In this document: piece by piece, positions 41,918-53,608 of the stretch
How the letters are laid out: every line of letters starts with the position of its first letter
Numbering within the stretch: position 1 is the stretch's first letter
Assembly: GCF_046105845.1 (NCBI RefSeq)
Contig: NZ_CP151004.1
From: Escherichia coli
GTDB lineage: Bacteria > Pseudomonadota > Gammaproteobacteria > Enterobacterales > Enterobacteriaceae
Reading direction: 5' to 3' (one strand)
DNA length: 64,000 nt
Notes under the pieces: model-generated
What the model was told of the DNA's origin: nothing
Databases searched by the model: none
What the model saw: the letters and a program-made list of their open reading frames with translations, nothing else
Translations under genes and position numbers: made by a program

Positions 41918-43540
41918 TTACAGCTTCGGACCAGCCGCTACCAGCGCGGCACCCGCTGGGGTGTCGGTGTATTTATCGAAGTTGTCGATAAACAGTTTCG
42001 CCAGGGTTTCAGCTTTTTCCTGCCACTGTTCCGGAGAAGCGTAGGTATTACGCGGATCGAGGATCTTAGTGTCAACACCCGGCAGCTCGGTCGGGATCGC
42101 CAGGTTAAACATCGGCAGAGTGAAGGTTTCTGCGTTATCCAGCGAACCGTTGAGGATGGCGTCGATAATGGCGCGGGTATCTTTAATCGAGATACGTTTG
42201 CCAGTGCCGTTCCAGCCAGTGTTAACTAGATAAGCCTGCGCGCCCGCCGCCTGCATACGTTTCACCAGCACTTCTGCGTACTGAGTCGGGTGCAGCGACA
42301 GGAATGCCGCGCCGAAGCAGGCGGAGAAAGTTGGCGTCGGTTCGGTGATGCCGCGCTCTGTACCAGCCAGTTTGGCGGTGAAGCCAGAGAGGAAGTGGTA
42401 CTGGGTTTGATCGGCAGTCAGACGAGAAACCGGTGGCAGCACACCAAAGGCGTCTGCGGTCAGGAAGATAACTTTCGTTGCGTGGCCCGCTTTGGACACC
42501 GGCTTAACGATGTTTTCGATGTGATAGATCGGATAAGAAACGCGGGTGTTCTCGGTTTTTGAACCATCATCAAAGTCGATAGTGCCATCTTCACGCACGG
42601 TGACGTTTTCCAGCAGCGCATCACGACGGATAGCGTTGTAGATTTCAGGTTCCGCTTCTTTCGACAGCTTGATAGTTTTTGCGTAGCAGCCGCCTTCGAA
42701 GTTAAATACGCCGTCATCGTCCCAGCCGTGCTCGTCATCGCCAATCAGGCGACGTTTCGGGTCGGTGGAAAGGGTGGTTTTACCGGTGCCGGAAAGGCCG
42801 AAGAACACCGCAACATCGCCTTTCTCGCCAACGTTGGCGGAGCAGTGCATAGAAGCGATACCTTTCAGCGGTAGCAGGTAGTTCATCATTGAGAACATCC
42901 CTTTCTTCATTTCGCCGCCGTACCAGGTGCCGCCAATCAGCTGCATGCGCTCGGTCAGGTTAAACGCCACGAAGTTTTCGGAGTTCAGACCCTGTTCTTT
43001 CCACTGCGGGTTAGTGCACTTCGCGCCGTTCATAACGATAAAGTCTGGTTTGAAACCTGCCAGCTCTTCATCGCTCGGGCGAATAAACATGTTTTTGACG
43101 AAATGCGCCTGCCAGGCCACTTCGGTGATGAAACGGACGGAAAGACGAGTATCCGGGTTCGCACCACAGAAAGCGTCGACAACGAACAGACGTTTGCCGG
43201 AAAGCTGTTTGGTCACCAGGCCTTTAAGATGCTGCCAGGTTTCCGGAGAGAGAGGTTTGTTGTCGTTCTTACCTTTGCCTTTGTCTGCCCACCAGAAAGT
43301 ATCGCGAGTGGTATCGTCACGGACGATATACTTATCTTTTGGTGAACGACCGGTGAAGATCCCGGTATCGACGGCAACGGCACCCAGATTAGTTAACACC
43401 CCGCGCTCATAACCTGTCAGGCTCGGATCGAGCTCTTCCTGATACAGCAGGTCGTAGCTTGGGTTGTAAACGATATCATGTACGTCACTGATACCATAAG
43501 CCTCGAGTTCTTGCGGGGTCAAACCATTGTTAACGCGCAT
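41918..43540 (-). CDS. pckA: phosphoenolpyruvate carboxykinase (ATP) PckA
   Basis: ORF contains [37 protein letters not shown] and the kinase P-loop [11 protein letters not shown]; 540 aa from MRVNN (the ORF track extends 23 codons further upstream). Confidence 0.96.
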   Translation of the reverse strand: MRVNNGLTPQELEAYGISDVHDIVYNPSYDLLYQEELDPSLTGYERGVLTNLGAVAVDTGIFTGRSPKDKYIVRDDTTRDTFWWADKGKGKNDNKPLSPETWQHLKGLVTKQLSGKRLFVVDAFCGANPDTRLSVRFITEVAWQAHFVKNMFIRPSDEELAGFKPDFIVMNGAKCTNPQWKEQGLNSENFVAFNLTERMQLIGGTWYGGEMKKGMFSMMNYLLPLKGIASMHCSANVGEKGDVAVFFGLSGTGKTTLSTDPKRRLIGDDEHGWDDDGVFNFEGGCYAKTIKLSKEAEPEIYNAIRRDALLENVTVREDGTIDFDDGSKTENTRVSYPIYHIENIVKPVSKAGHATKVIFLTADAFGVLPPVSRLTADQTQYHFLSGFTAKLAGTERGITEPTPTFSACFGAAFLSLHPTQYAEVLVKRMQAAGAQAYLVNTGWNGTGKRISIKDTRAIIDAILNGSLDNAETFTLPMFNLAIPTELPGVDTKILDPRNTYASPEQWQEKAETLAKLFIDNFDKYTDTPAGAALVAAGPKL

Positions 43541-43918
43541 TTCACTGCTCCTTAGCCAATATGTATTGCCTGAATAGTAAAGTCTTTTTGGGGGTGTTAA
43601 CCGCGACAAGGCTCATAGATTTACGTATCTGGAGAAATTCATATTTGACAAAAAACTCCGTGATTCCTGTCACGAAACGGTTGCTATTATCGCAGAAATA
43701 GCATTTTAGGTGTGGAAAATGTTCTCAAAAGGTTAAATCTTGGTTTATATGGCGGGAATATTGTGAGTGGAATCGCATTCCTGAATGAAATTGATGCAAA
43801 TTCAATCGGTAAAGTATCGATTCACCACGCTAACTTTTTTTGATTATTTTCTGAAAAAAACAAAATACTACGGCCCGGATGCGATAATTAACCCACTTTT
43901 TGATTCTGGATAACTAAC

Positions 43919-45643
43919 GTGGATAACGTTGAACTTTCACCCGCAACACGCTGGGGGATGATTGCTACCGGATTACTTCAGGGGCTGGTTTGCTACCTGC
44001 TGATCGCCTGGCTTGCCGGAAAAAATCTCAGTTGGATTGTTTATGGCGTGCCTGCGACCGTCGCGTTTTCATCCGTTTTACTCTTCTCCGTGATCTCCTT
44101 TAAACAGAAGCGCCTTTGGGGATGGCTGGCGCTGGTGTTTATTGCCACGCTAGGGATGAGCGGTTGGCTAAAGTGGCAAATTGATGGCATGAACCCCTGG
44201 AGAGCAGAAAAGGCGCTTTGGGATTTTGGCTGCTATCTGCTGCTGATGGCAATGTTGTTGCTACCGTGGATACAACAAAGCCTTCGCATCCGCAATGACA
44301 GTAACCGCTATCGCAATTTTTACCAGTCAGTATGGCATAACGTACTTATATTACTGGTGATTTTTCTCGCCAATGGCCTGACGTGGCTGGTGCTTTTACT
44401 GTGGGGTGAGTTGTTTAAACTTGTTGGCATCACGTTTTTCAAAACGCTCTTTTTTGCAACCGACTGGTTTATTTATCTCACGTTAGGTCTGGTTACCGCA
44501 CTGGCGGTGATCCTCGCGCGTACACAGTCACGTTTGATCGACTCTATTCAAAAGTTGTTCACGTTAATCGCCACGGGGTTGCTGCCGTTAGTATCATTGC
44601 TAACCCTGATGTTTATCATCACCCTGCCGTTTACGGGCCTGAGCGCGATTTCTCGCCACATTTCCGCCGCCGGGTTGCTGTTGACGCTGGCCTTTTTGCA
44701 ATTGATCTTAATGGCTATTGTCCGCGATCCGCAAAAATCGTCACTTCCCTGGACGGGGCCGTTGCGTTGCCTGATTAAAACCGCTCTGCTGGTTGCTCCG
44801 CTATATGTGTTCGTCGCCGCCTGGGCGTTATGGCTGCGGGTCGCTCAGTACGGCTGGACTGTCGACCGCTTGCAGGGCGCGCTGGCGGTGCTGGTGTTAC
44901 TGGTATGGTCGCTGGGGTATTTTGTCAGTATCGTCTGGCGTAAAGGGCAAAACCCCCTTGTTCTTCAGAGCAAAGTGAACCTTGCGGTTTCGTTATTGGT
45001 GTTGGTAATACTGGTGCTTCTTAATTCGCCAGTGCTGGATAGTATGCGCATTAGTGTGAACAGTCATATGGCACGTTATCAGAGCGGCAAGAACATGCCA
45101 GATCAGGTAAGTCTCTACATGCTCGAACAGAACGGTCGCTATGGACGTGCGGCGCTTGAGTCGCTGAAAAGCGATGCCGAGTATATGAAAGACCCGAAAC
45201 GTGCGCGGGATCTGCTGATGGCGTTAGATGCAGAGCAACATCTTCATGAACAGGTATCGGAAAAAGTATTAGCCGAAAATGTGTTAATTGCCCCAGGCTC
45301 TGGCAAACCGGATACGGCATTCTGGTCGGCCTTAATCCAGGATCGCTATAACGTGATGACCTGTATTGAAAAAGACGCCTGCGTACTGGTCGAGCAAGAT
45401 CTGAATAGTGATGGCAGGGCAGAGCGGATCCTCTTTGCCTTTGATGATGAAAGATACATTGTCTATGGCTTTGATCCTGACAAGAAAGAATGGCAAGAGC
45501 TTACGATGAGTTTACTTCCGCGTGATATAACGAAAGAAAAATTACTCACAGCTGCGAAGGATGGAAAACTGGGAACGAAGCCTAAAGCGTGGCGCGATCT
45601 TGTAGTGGATGGTGAAAGGCTGGATGTGAATCTGAATGAGTGA
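43919..45643 (+). CDS. yhgE: polytopic inner-membrane protein YhgE
   Basis: 574-aa ORF with multiple hydrophobic helices, [35 protein letters not shown]...; position between pckA and hslO matches K-12 yhgE. Confidence 0.85.
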   Translation: MDNVELSPATRWGMIATGLLQGLVCYLLIAWLAGKNLSWIVYGVPATVAFSSVLLFSVISFKQKRLWGWLALVFIATLGMSGWLKWQIDGMNPWRAEKALWDFGCYLLLMAMLLLPWIQQSLRIRNDSNRYRNFYQSVWHNVLILLVIFLANGLTWLVLLLWGELFKLVGITFFKTLFFATDWFIYLTLGLVTALAVILARTQSRLIDSIQKLFTLIATGLLPLVSLLTLMFIITLPFTGLSAISRHISAAGLLLTLAFLQLILMAIVRDPQKSSLPWTGPLRCLIKTALLVAPLYVFVAAWALWLRVAQYGWTVDRLQGALAVLVLLVWSLGYFVSIVWRKGQNPLVLQSKVNLAVSLLVLVILVLLNSPVLDSMRISVNSHMARYQSGKNMPDQVSLYMLEQNGRYGRAALESLKSDAEYMKDPKRARDLLMALDAEQHLHEQVSEKVLAENVLIAPGSGKPDTAFWSALIQDRYNVMTCIEKDACVLVEQDLNSDGRAERILFAFDDERYIVYGFDPDKKEWQELTMSLLPRDITKEKLLTAAKDGKLGTKPKAWRDLVVDGERLDVNLNE

Positions 45644-45673
45644 CAAAGCGCATCAGGTGTATTAGTCGTAAAA

Positions 45674-45697
45674 TCCGGCAGAGCCCTCTCTGCCGGA
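45674..45697. terminator. bidirectional hairpin between convergent yhgE and hslO
   Basis: Perfect 10-bp inverted repeat tccggcagag-ccct-ctctgccgga in the 62-bp gap between the stops. Confidence 0.55.
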
Positions 45698-45705
45698 TAT
45701 ACTCA

Positions 45706-46584
45706 TTAATGAACTTGCGGATCTGCCGGAGAGGCGTTATTGCGGATTTCAGCAATATCCATCGCATTGAACAGATAGTGGTTACCGCAGTAATCGCAAT
45801 GCATGTCAATTTCGCCATCTTCCGCCAGGATACTATCGACTTCTTCATCCGGCAGCGTTTTTAGCGCGTCGGCGCAACGTTCACGCGAACAGGTGCATTT
45901 GAACTCCACATCCTGCGGATCGTAAACCGTCACCTCTTCTTCGTGATACAAACGCCACAACACTTCGTTTGCCGGTAAGGTCAGCAGTTCTTCGGTTTTG
46001 ATGGTTTCGGTTAGCGTTGCCAGGTGGTCAAAGTCGTCCTGCTGGGCATTTTGCGCAGGCATTACCTGCAACAACATACCGCCTGCAGCCGGTTTGCCGT
46101 CTACGTCGCCGGTGCGAATAAACAGGCGCGTCGGCAGCTGTTCAGAACGCATAAAGTAATCTTCCAGGCAGGCCGCCAGGGTATCACCTTCCAGACCCAC
46201 CACGCCCTGATAGCGTTCGCCTTCGCTCGGGGTGATGGTGATCACCACGTAACCATTGCCGACCAGCGTTTTCAGGTCGGCATTTTCTGGAATTTCGCCC
46301 TGCACGCGCGCCACACCGCGCATCTGCTGGTTGTTGTTACCGTTAATAACCGCCAGATTCATCGGACCGTCGCCTTGCAGCTGTACGGTGATATCACCAT
46401 CAAACTTCAGCGTAGCGGTTAACAGGCTGGTCGCAACCAGCAGTTCTGCCAGCACGTTTTTAACGGGCTGTGGATAATCGTGATTCTCAAGGATCTGTTG
46501 CAGGGTTTCCGAAACGGTTACCAGCTCGCCGCGAACGGCAAAGTTTTCAAACAGATAGCGATGTAATTGGTCATGTTGCGGCAT
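45706..46584 (-). CDS. hslO: redox-regulated chaperone Hsp33 (HslO)
   Basis: [30 protein letters not shown]...; C-terminal zinc centre CTCSRERC ... CDYCGNHY. Confidence 0.95.
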   Translation of the reverse strand: MPQHDQLHRYLFENFAVRGELVTVSETLQQILENHDYPQPVKNVLAELLVATSLLTATLKFDGDITVQLQGDGPMNLAVINGNNNQQMRGVARVQGEIPENADLKTLVGNGYVVITITPSEGERYQGVVGLEGDTLAACLEDYFMRSEQLPTRLFIRTGDVDGKPAAGGMLLQVMPAQNAQQDDFDHLATLTETIKTEELLTLPANEVLWRLYHEEEVTVYDPQDVEFKCTCSRERCADALKTLPDEEVDSILAEDGEIDMHCDYCGNHYLFNAMDIAEIRNNASPADPQVH

Positions 46585-46608
46585 AATCATCTCTCTTGCA
46601 GGTGACAG

Positions 46609-47010
46609 TTATTCACTGTCGCCGTGTTTAAATCGTAACAGGTCGCGGCGCTCTTTTTTGTCCGGGCGTCGGTCCGGGTGCGGCATGGTTAAGGCATTAA
46701 GTTTACGTGCCAGCGCCATTTTTTCGCGTTTCTCTACACTTTCCGCAGTCTCTTCATACAGCAAGGCTGCCTCGCTGGCGGGGCGACGCTGTTCAGTAAT
46801 CGCCTTTACAATCACCGTGCGTTCGTCATTTCCCTGGCGCAGAGTGAGCGTGGCATTCAGCTCGACGATTTTGCTCGGCTTGCTGCGCTGCCCGTTGTAA
46901 TGCACCTTACCGCCTTCAATCATTTCACGGGCCAGCGCGCGGGTTTTATAAAAACGGGCAGCCCATAGCCATTTATCCAGTCGAACCTCAACAGCAGGTT
47001 TTTCTTTCAT
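46609..47010 (-). CDS. hslR: ribosome-associated heat shock protein Hsp15 (HslR), S4-like RNA-binding
   Basis: 133-aa ORF MKEKPAVEVRLDKWLWAARFYKTRALAREMIEGGKVHYNGQRSKPSKIV. Confidence 0.94.
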   Translation of the reverse strand: MKEKPAVEVRLDKWLWAARFYKTRALAREMIEGGKVHYNGQRSKPSKIVELNATLTLRQGNDERTVIVKAITEQRRPASEAALLYEETAESVEKREKMALARKLNALTMPHPDRRPDKKERRDLLRFKHGDSE

Positions 47011-47020
47011 GGCGTCTCCT

Positions 47021-47689
47021 TCACATTAGCGAGGGGATCAGGCGGCGGTAGTCATTCAGTGACGGATGGCGTTGATACTGTTTCTCGGCAATCCCGGAAT
47101 CAGGATTAGTCACGCCGAGGCAGTAACGAATACCAAATTGCGCGGCAGCATCGAGAATCGCTTCGCTGTCATCAATAAACAGCGTTCTTTCAGCTTTCAG
47201 ACCCGTAGCTTCGGCCACCGCATGCCATAACCGCTGATCCTCTTTCGGATAACCAAATGTGTGGGTGGAAAGTAATAAATCAAGGTGTGCGTCCAGACCG
47301 GTATGCTCAAGTTTTACCGCCAGGTTGTGCGGATGAGCATTGGTGAGCAAAATTCGCTGCTTACCGCTGGCTTTCAGTGCCTCAAGAAACGGAATGGTAT
47401 CTTCACGCAGTACGGCGCGCGGTCCCATCTCGGTGGTCATCGCACAGATATCCAGACCCAGTTGCTCACTCCAGTAATCAAGACAGTACCAGTTTAGCGT
47501 ATGCTGTACGTCGTGATATTGCTGGCGCATATATTCCATCGCTTCCTGTGGCGTAACCCCGTTTTTCGCGCCCCATGTTTCAGGCACCAGCTTTTGCCAG
47601 AAATAGTTATCGAAGGCGAGGTCGAGCAACGTGCCGTCCATATCCAGCAGAACGGTATCTACGTCCTGCCAGGCAATGTTGATATGCAT
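47021..47689 (-). CDS. yrfG: HAD-family GMP/IMP nucleotidase YrfG
   Basis: MHINIAWQDVDTVLLDMDGTLLDLAFDNYFW (HAD motif I DxDGT); 222 aa from MHINIAW (the ORF track extends 15 codons further upstream). Confidence 0.9.
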   Translation of the reverse strand: MHINIAWQDVDTVLLDMDGTLLDLAFDNYFWQKLVPETWGAKNGVTPQEAMEYMRQQYHDVQHTLNWYCLDYWSEQLGLDICAMTTEMGPRAVLREDTIPFLEALKASGKQRILLTNAHPHNLAVKLEHTGLDAHLDLLLSTHTFGYPKEDQRLWHAVAEATGLKAERTLFIDDSEAILDAAAQFGIRYCLGVTNPDSGIAEKQYQRHPSLNDYRRLIPSLM

Positions 47690-47753
47690 GAGGGAAATCT
47701 CCAGAGTGAAGCAATTTGCGCGACAGGGTAGCATAACCTGCCGCGCAAACGTG

Positions 47754-49889
47754 TTATTCGATAAGGCTTTCTGAAGGGGTGATCAGTTGCGGGTTCAGGC
47801 AGCTTTCATAATAGGCCTGAATCTTCATCATGCGAGTGCGGTGACGCTGGTAACGCCGCCAGGCCTGTACGCCATTATAAATGGCGCTACCCAGCATCGT
47901 CAGTAGCAGCAGTGTGGTGCTGAGATAGCGCCACAGGCCGGAACGATCCGGGATCGGATGAAGGCCTATATGCTGCGTACCATTGGCGTCAGTGAAGATT
48001 TTTGTGACGATACCTTCGGCGTTAAACGGCGTATGCATCAGCATTTGTGCCAGTTTCTGGAAAGCGTTCCACTGTTCTTGCGGCGGGTAGTCGTAAAGTG
48101 ATGCCGAAGGCCAGGGCTGATCAACAAAATCGCTGCCTTCGTCGCTGACAATCAGGAATCCACCGGGAGCCGGACTGTTTAGTGATTGTGCCGCTCGCGC
48201 CGTTTCATGCGTGATAAACGGCGCGGTGGAGGTTGCCACCAGGTTATCCAGTGATTCCGCACTCACCGGGCGTAATAACACATTCACGCCATCGAGTTTC
48301 CCGGCGTTGGCGCGTTTTACCAGCGCGTCCCAGTCTTTACTGTTGCCGAGATTGACCAGCGCATTTTTCAGTCGCACACAGTCATCTTTGGCAGAACATA
48401 GATCCGCTGTCTTCAGTACTATGTCGCCAAAATCATCAAGCAATACCATGCCGGATTTTTGAATTGCTGAACGTAATGAGGCGCTGACGCGAGATTCATC
48501 TTCCGGTTTAGGGTGCAGCTGGCGATTAACTGCTTCGGTCAATGCCGTCGCTTTGTTGACCAGTTCAGATTCTGGTAATGGCAATGAGCGGGCGTCATTC
48601 CAGATGATCTGCGAGCAGTCAAACGGTAAAAAAGGTGAGTTGGTTTTCGCGCTCCAGGTACCGGAAGTGCGAATATTACACATTCCCGTACCGCTAATAC
48701 GCAATGTATCGCCAACCCGCACGCCAGCGTCAGCCAGTTGTTTCACGCTGGTGGCTTCAATGGTCTGCGCGCCTTTCATCCACGAGAGGGTGAATTTCAG
48801 CGGCATATCCAGCGGGATCCAGAATAACAGCATAAACAGCACCAGTAGCGAGCCCGCAGCGATAATCGTACTGCGCAGCCAGTGCTGTAACGGAAAGTTT
48901 TTTACTTCATCATGGAGCGAAAGATATCGCCCCTGACGCACTACGTGGCGGTCGAGATAGATATCGATATCGGTTTGTTGACCGAGATCCTGAGCAATGT
49001 ATGGCTGCCAGTGTGCGGGGTAGACCAGGTCGATAATACCGAGTGAAATATTGTTGATCTGTTCCTGATCGTTTTCGCCAAACAATCCCCAACGACGGGG
49101 TGTACCGCGCAGACAATGAATTTCCCGCAGGGAGGATTTTGCCGGGGGCGCGAATAGCCCCCACAGACCTGCGCCCAGCAGCAGTAACGCGCCGCCTGCC
49201 AGCCACGGAACAAATACATCCGGGGTAATCAGGCAGAAAAAGAACATCAGGAATGAGGCGACAATCAGCAACGCTTCACGCAGCCCGCGCGGACGACTTA
49301 GCGCATACTCTTCGTGCGTTTCTTTGCGAATATTGAGTAGCTCGATTTGCTCACTCTCTTCCCCGCGAATCGACGCCTGTGTTGACGGAACAGGTTGCAA
49401 GGCATAGCCGCGAGTTTCCTGCATGTACTCCTGCAGCGTATGACCGTTGAGTGAAATAACCAGCGGCAGCGAATCGGTATGAATCAGTTCAACGGTATTC
49501 TCATCGTTGATGTACTGTTCCCAGAAGGGGGGCAGGTGGACTTCTACCGAATCGAGGTAGTAACGCCATTTATTCGGATCGTCGGTAGAGATGCCGTAAC
49601 GCGTGATAGCGTGTGTCAGCATCATGACGTTGTTGCTTTCGGCATTCAGCGCCAGAGAGATCGGTGCCGCGCTGGCTCCTGTTGGGCCAGGCACCTGTAA
49701 TACCTGCGTCAGGCTCTCAAGATAATTTTCAACGGCGCTATGTTCTTCAGGTGTGAGTTTACGCGTTTGCGCATCCGCGAAGGCGTTGGTCCAGGGCAGC
49801 TGACGCCGTCTGGATCGCACTTTTATCAGCCATCCCGCAAGTAGTGAGCAGGCCAGCAAAGCAGCTAAAAAAATCACAATGGTGCTCAT
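47754..49889 (-). CDS. igaA: inner-membrane Rcs phosphorelay attenuator IgaA (YrfF)
   Basis: 711-aa ORF MSTIVIFLAALLACSLLAGWLIKVRSRRRQLPWTNAFADAQTRKLTPEEHSAVENYLESL. Confidence 0.94.
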   Translation of the reverse strand: MSTIVIFLAALLACSLLAGWLIKVRSRRRQLPWTNAFADAQTRKLTPEEHSAVENYLESLTQVLQVPGPTGASAAPISLALNAESNNVMMLTHAITRYGISTDDPNKWRYYLDSVEVHLPPFWEQYINDENTVELIHTDSLPLVISLNGHTLQEYMQETRGYALQPVPSTQASIRGEESEQIELLNIRKETHEEYALSRPRGLREALLIVASFLMFFFCLITPDVFVPWLAGGALLLLGAGLWGLFAPPAKSSLREIHCLRGTPRRWGLFGENDQEQINNISLGIIDLVYPAHWQPYIAQDLGQQTDIDIYLDRHVVRQGRYLSLHDEVKNFPLQHWLRSTIIAAGSLLVLFMLLFWIPLDMPLKFTLSWMKGAQTIEATSVKQLADAGVRVGDTLRISGTGMCNIRTSGTWSAKTNSPFLPFDCSQIIWNDARSLPLPESELVNKATALTEAVNRQLHPKPEDESRVSASLRSAIQKSGMVLLDDFGDIVLKTADLCSAKDDCVRLKNALVNLGNSKDWDALVKRANAGKLDGVNVLLRPVSAESLDNLVATSTAPFITHETARAAQSLNSPAPGGFLIVSDEGSDFVDQPWPSASLYDYPPQEQWNAFQKLAQMLMHTPFNAEGIVTKIFTDANGTQHIGLHPIPDRSGLWRYLSTTLLLLTMLGSAIYNGVQAWRRYQRHRTRMMKIQAYYESCLNPQLITPSESLIE

Positions 49890-50208
49890 GCTTTCCCCAT
49901 CTTACTTAGTCTGTCAGGCGTGGTCAGTCGCACCGGACACAATACATGATTCTGCGGTTGGCTATCGGCAAGCGTGGAGTTTAACTTGAGCATCATTAAG
50001 CACATCACAGTAACCGCTGATCATAGCAAACCCTCTGAAGGCGGAATATCAGCAAATTCCTGGAGTTATTTCAACCTATTGACTTTTAATTTGATTTGAG
50101 GACGATTATTTATTAAGTTACATAAATGTAAATAACATGCAATTCACATTGCCGAAAGCGTGTCCTATATCGCACAATAACCGCTGATTTCACAGCATAG
50201 ATCCCACG

Positions 50209-50769
50209 ATGAGCAAATCATTACAAAAACCCACCATTCTGAATGTTGAAACTGTAGCCCGTTCCCGACTGTTTACCGTCGAAAGCGTGGATCTGGAGTT
50301 CAGCAATGGCGTGCGGCGTGTTTATGAACGAATGCGTCCAACTAACCGGGAAGCAGTGATGATTGTGCCGATTGTGGACGATCACCTGATCCTGATCCGC
50401 GAATACGCAGTGGGAACTGAATCCTACGAATTAGGTTTTTCGAAAGGATTAATTGATCCGGGTGAAAGCGTCTTCGAAGCCGCGAACCGCGAGCTAAAAG
50501 AAGAGGTGGGATTTGGTGCGAACGATCTGACTTTTTTGAAGAAGCTCAGCATGGCACCGTCTTACTTTTCCAGCAAAATGAATATCGTGGTAGCGCAAGA
50601 TCTCTACCCGGAATCGCTGGAAGGCGATGAGCCAGAGCCGCTACCACAGGTGCGCTGGCCGCTGGCGCATATGATGGATTTGCTGGAAGACCCTGACTTC
50701 AACGAAGCGCGTAATGTCAGCGCGCTGTTCCTCGTGCGCGAATGGTTGAAGGGGCAGGGGCGAGTGTAA
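50209..50769 (+). CDS. nudE: ADP-sugar / ADP-compounds Nudix hydrolase NudE
   Basis: 186-aa ORF MSKSLQKPTILNVETVARSRLFTVESVDLEFSNG...; Nudix box GLIDPGESVFEAANRELKEEVGF. Confidence 0.94.
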   Translation: MSKSLQKPTILNVETVARSRLFTVESVDLEFSNGVRRVYERMRPTNREAVMIVPIVDDHLILIREYAVGTESYELGFSKGLIDPGESVFEAANRELKEEVGFGANDLTFLKKLSMAPSYFSSKMNIVVAQDLYPESLEGDEPEPLPQVRWPLAHMMDLLEDPDFNEARNVSALFLVREWLKGQGRV

Positions 50770-50910
50770 ATGCGTGAAGTTTGCCTGATGCACAACGCTT
50801 ACCAGGCCTGTGCGGCTCCTGCAATATATTGATTTTTCTAGATGTTGCTAGACGGGTAAAGTGTTCACGCCGTATCCGGTATAAACAAAGTGCACTTTGT
50901 CAGCAAACTG

Positions 50911-50934
50911 AAAAAGGCGCTGAAGCGCCTTTTT
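50911..50934. terminator. bidirectional rho-independent terminator between nudE and mrcA
   Basis: aaaa-aggcgc-tgaa-gcgcct-tttt: hairpin flanked by an A-run and a T-run, immediately adjacent to the mrcA stop. Confidence 0.7.
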
Positions 50935-50936
50935 AA

Positions 50937-53489
50937 TCAGAACAATTCCTGTGCCTCGCCATTATCGATAATGGTCGTTCCCACCTCGTGCACCGCTTGT
51001 TGTGTCGGCTGCGTACCTTCGATGAAATACTCTTCGCGGCTGTTGCCACCATTAGCTAACTGCCCGGTGCTGCGATCGATATTCACCGTCACAATACCCG
51101 GCGGCGGCGTCAGCGGCTGCTCCGGCACACCTTCAAGAACGGCTTTCATATAAGCGTCCCATGCAGGCTGGGCACTCTTGGCACCGCCTTCGTAACCTGA
51201 GATCTGATCTTTAATCGCTCCGGAAGCCGTTGTATGACCGAGATTACGACGGTGATCATCAAAGCCAATCCAGACCGAGGTCACAACGCCCGGACCGTAA
51301 CCCGAAAACCACGCATCTTTCGAACTGTTAGTGGTACCGGTTTTCCCGCCGATATCGCGACGCTGCAAATCACGACCTGCACGCCAGCCGGTACCCTGCC
51401 AGCCTGGTTCACCAAAGATATTGGTGTTCAAAGCACTCTTAATCAGGAATGCCAGCGGAGTGTTGATGACGTGCGGTGCGTACTCCTGCGCGCCAGTCTT
51501 CGCCACTAACGCCTGATTTGCCTGCTCCAGCTGCGGCATTGGTACAGAAACATTCTGCTGCTCGCGGGAGATAGCGACATCTTCAACATCGTTATTTTCC
51601 AGCACGTTCGATTTCTGCGTATCACCGTAAATCACTGGAATATCGCATTCCGGGCAGGCTACTTTCGGTTTCGCTTCGAAAATCACGCCGCCCTGATCGT
51701 TTTCAATTTTGCTGATAAACCACGGGTCCACCAGGAAGCCGCCGTTCGCCATGACCGCGTAGCCGCGCGCCACCTGCATTGGGGTGAAGGACGCTGAACC
51801 CAGCGCCAGCGATTCGGTGTGGACAATGTTTTGTGCCGGGAAGCCGAAGCGTTGCAGATATTCTGCAGCGTAGTCGACGCCCATCGCCCGCATTGCGCGT
51901 ACCATCACCACGTTTTTCGACTGACCCAGACCCTGACGTAAGCGAATTGGACCAGCATATTGTGGCGGCGAGTTTTTCGGCTGCCAGTCAGAACCGGCAC
52001 CTGCGTCCCAGCGAGAAATTGGCACATCGTTCAACATACTTGCCAGCGTCAGACCTTTATCCATCGCCGCGGTGTAGAGGAACGGTTTGATGTTGGAACC
52101 CACCTGACGCAGTGCCTGGGTGGCGCGGTTAAACTTGCTCTGATTGAAATCAAAGCCACCGACCAGCGCCATAACGGCACCGTTTTGCGGATTGATCGAC
52201 ACCAGCGCCGAGTTCACTTCCGGCACTTGCGCCAGCCACCATGCATCGCCAACCTGACGAACCCAGATTTGCTGACCCGTTTGCAGAACATCGGTCACTT
52301 TACGCGGCGTCGGTCCCTGCTGAGTATCCGAACGGTAAGGACGCGCCCAGCGAACGCCTTCCATACTCAATGCGACGGTCGACCCGTCCGCCAGCATCGC
52401 CGTCGCTTCCTGAGGATTGGCGCTGGTGACTGCGGCAGGCAGCAGCGGACCATAGGTCGGCAGCGCCTTCAGCGTATCGGTAATTTTGTTGTTGTCCCAC
52501 GCCGATTCGCCCACTTTCCACAGCACATTTGCCGGGCCGCGATAGCCGTGGCGCATGTCGTAGTCCAGCACGTTATTACGTACTGCCTGCTGTGCGGCCT
52601 GCTGTACTTTGCGGGTGATGGTGGTGTAAATGCGATAACCGTCTTCATAGGCACTTTCGCCATAACGGTTATACATCTCCTGGCGCACCATTTCGCTCAG
52701 GTACGGCGCAGAGAAAGCAATCTCCGGCGCGTGATAGTTAGCGTTAATCGCCTCAGTGCGTGTCTGATCGAACTGTTGTTGGGTGATATACCCTTCATCC
52801 AGCATTCGCGACAGCACGACGTTACGCCGCGCGACGGCACGATCCATTGAGTAGAGCGGGTTGAAGGTGGAAGGCGCTTTCGGCAGCCCGGCTATCACCG
52901 CCATTTCGTTCAGCGTCAGTTGGTCGACCGTTTTTCCGAAATAGACTTGTGCCGCAGCACCGACACCATAGGCGCGGTAACCGAGGTAAATCTTGTTCAG
53001 ATAAAGCTCGAGGATCTCGTCTTTCGTCAGCAACTGTTCAATGCGAATCGCGAGGAAGACTTCCTTAATCTTACGCATCAGCGTGCGTTCTGGACTGAGG
53101 AAGAAGTTTCTCGCCAGCTGCTGGGTAATGGTACTCGCCCCTTGTGACGCGTGGCCGGAGAACAGCGCCACACTTGCCGCACGGAAGATCCCCACCGGGT
53201 CAACGCCGTGATGCTCGTAGAAGCGGCTGTCTTCTGTCGCGATAAAGGCTTTCACCATCTCCGGCGGGATTTGATCCAACGTAACCGGAATACGACGTTT
53301 CTCACCGTATTGAGCAATCAGCTCGCCATCGGCGCTGTAAATCTGCATCGGAATTTGCAGGCGAACATCTTTTAATGTCGCCACATCCGGCAGTTGTGGC
53401 TCGATGTAGCGGTATAGGCCATAAATCGAGCCTGCTCCCAACAGAATGCAACAGACTGCAAGGATCAAAAAATACTTTACGAACTTCAC
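50937..53489 (-). CDS. mrcA: penicillin-binding protein 1A (bifunctional glycosyltransferase / transpeptidase) MrcA
   Basis: ORF contains FVKYFLILAVCCILLGAGSIYGLYRYIEPQ..., glycosyltransferase motif EDSRFYEHHG and transpeptidase SxxK (GSNIKP); a GTG start at 53489 gives about 850 aa, an upstream ATG at 53513 gives 858 aa. Confidence 0.95.
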   Translation of the reverse strand: MKFVKYFLILAVCCILLGAGSIYGLYRYIEPQLPDVATLKDVRLQIPMQIYSADGELIAQYGEKRRIPVTLDQIPPEMVKAFIATEDSRFYEHHGVDPVGIFRAASVALFSGHASQGASTITQQLARNFFLSPERTLMRKIKEVFLAIRIEQLLTKDEILELYLNKIYLGYRAYGVGAAAQVYFGKTVDQLTLNEMAVIAGLPKAPSTFNPLYSMDRAVARRNVVLSRMLDEGYITQQQFDQTRTEAINANYHAPEIAFSAPYLSEMVRQEMYNRYGESAYEDGYRIYTTITRKVQQAAQQAVRNNVLDYDMRHGYRGPANVLWKVGESAWDNNKITDTLKALPTYGPLLPAAVTSANPQEATAMLADGSTVALSMEGVRWARPYRSDTQQGPTPRKVTDVLQTGQQIWVRQVGDAWWLAQVPEVNSALVSINPQNGAVMALVGGFDFNQSKFNRATQALRQVGSNIKPFLYTAAMDKGLTLASMLNDVPISRWDAGAGSDWQPKNSPPQYAGPIRLRQGLGQSKNVVMVRAMRAMGVDYAAEYLQRFGFPAQNIVHTESLALGSASFTPMQVARGYAVMANGGFLVDPWFISKIENDQGGVIFEAKPKVACPECDIPVIYGDTQKSNVLENNDVEDVAISREQQNVSVPMPQLEQANQALVAKTGAQEYAPHVINTPLAFLIKSALNTNIFGEPGWQGTGWRAGRDLQRRDIGGKTGTTNSSKDAWFSGYGPGVVTSVWIGFDDHRRNLGHTTASGAIKDQISGYEGGAKSAQPAWDAYMKAVLEGVPEQPLTPPPGIVTVNIDRSTGQLANGGNSREEYFIEGTQPTQQAVHEVGTTIIDNGEAQELF

Positions 53490-53608
53490 TGGAAATTTCC
53501 CATTTAGTTTCATTTGGGCAGTTTATAAACAAACGCGCGGTAGTATAAAGGCAAGCCAGACGCATTGATATACCCGTCAGAGTGACGGGTGATAAGGAGA
53601 TCATCACA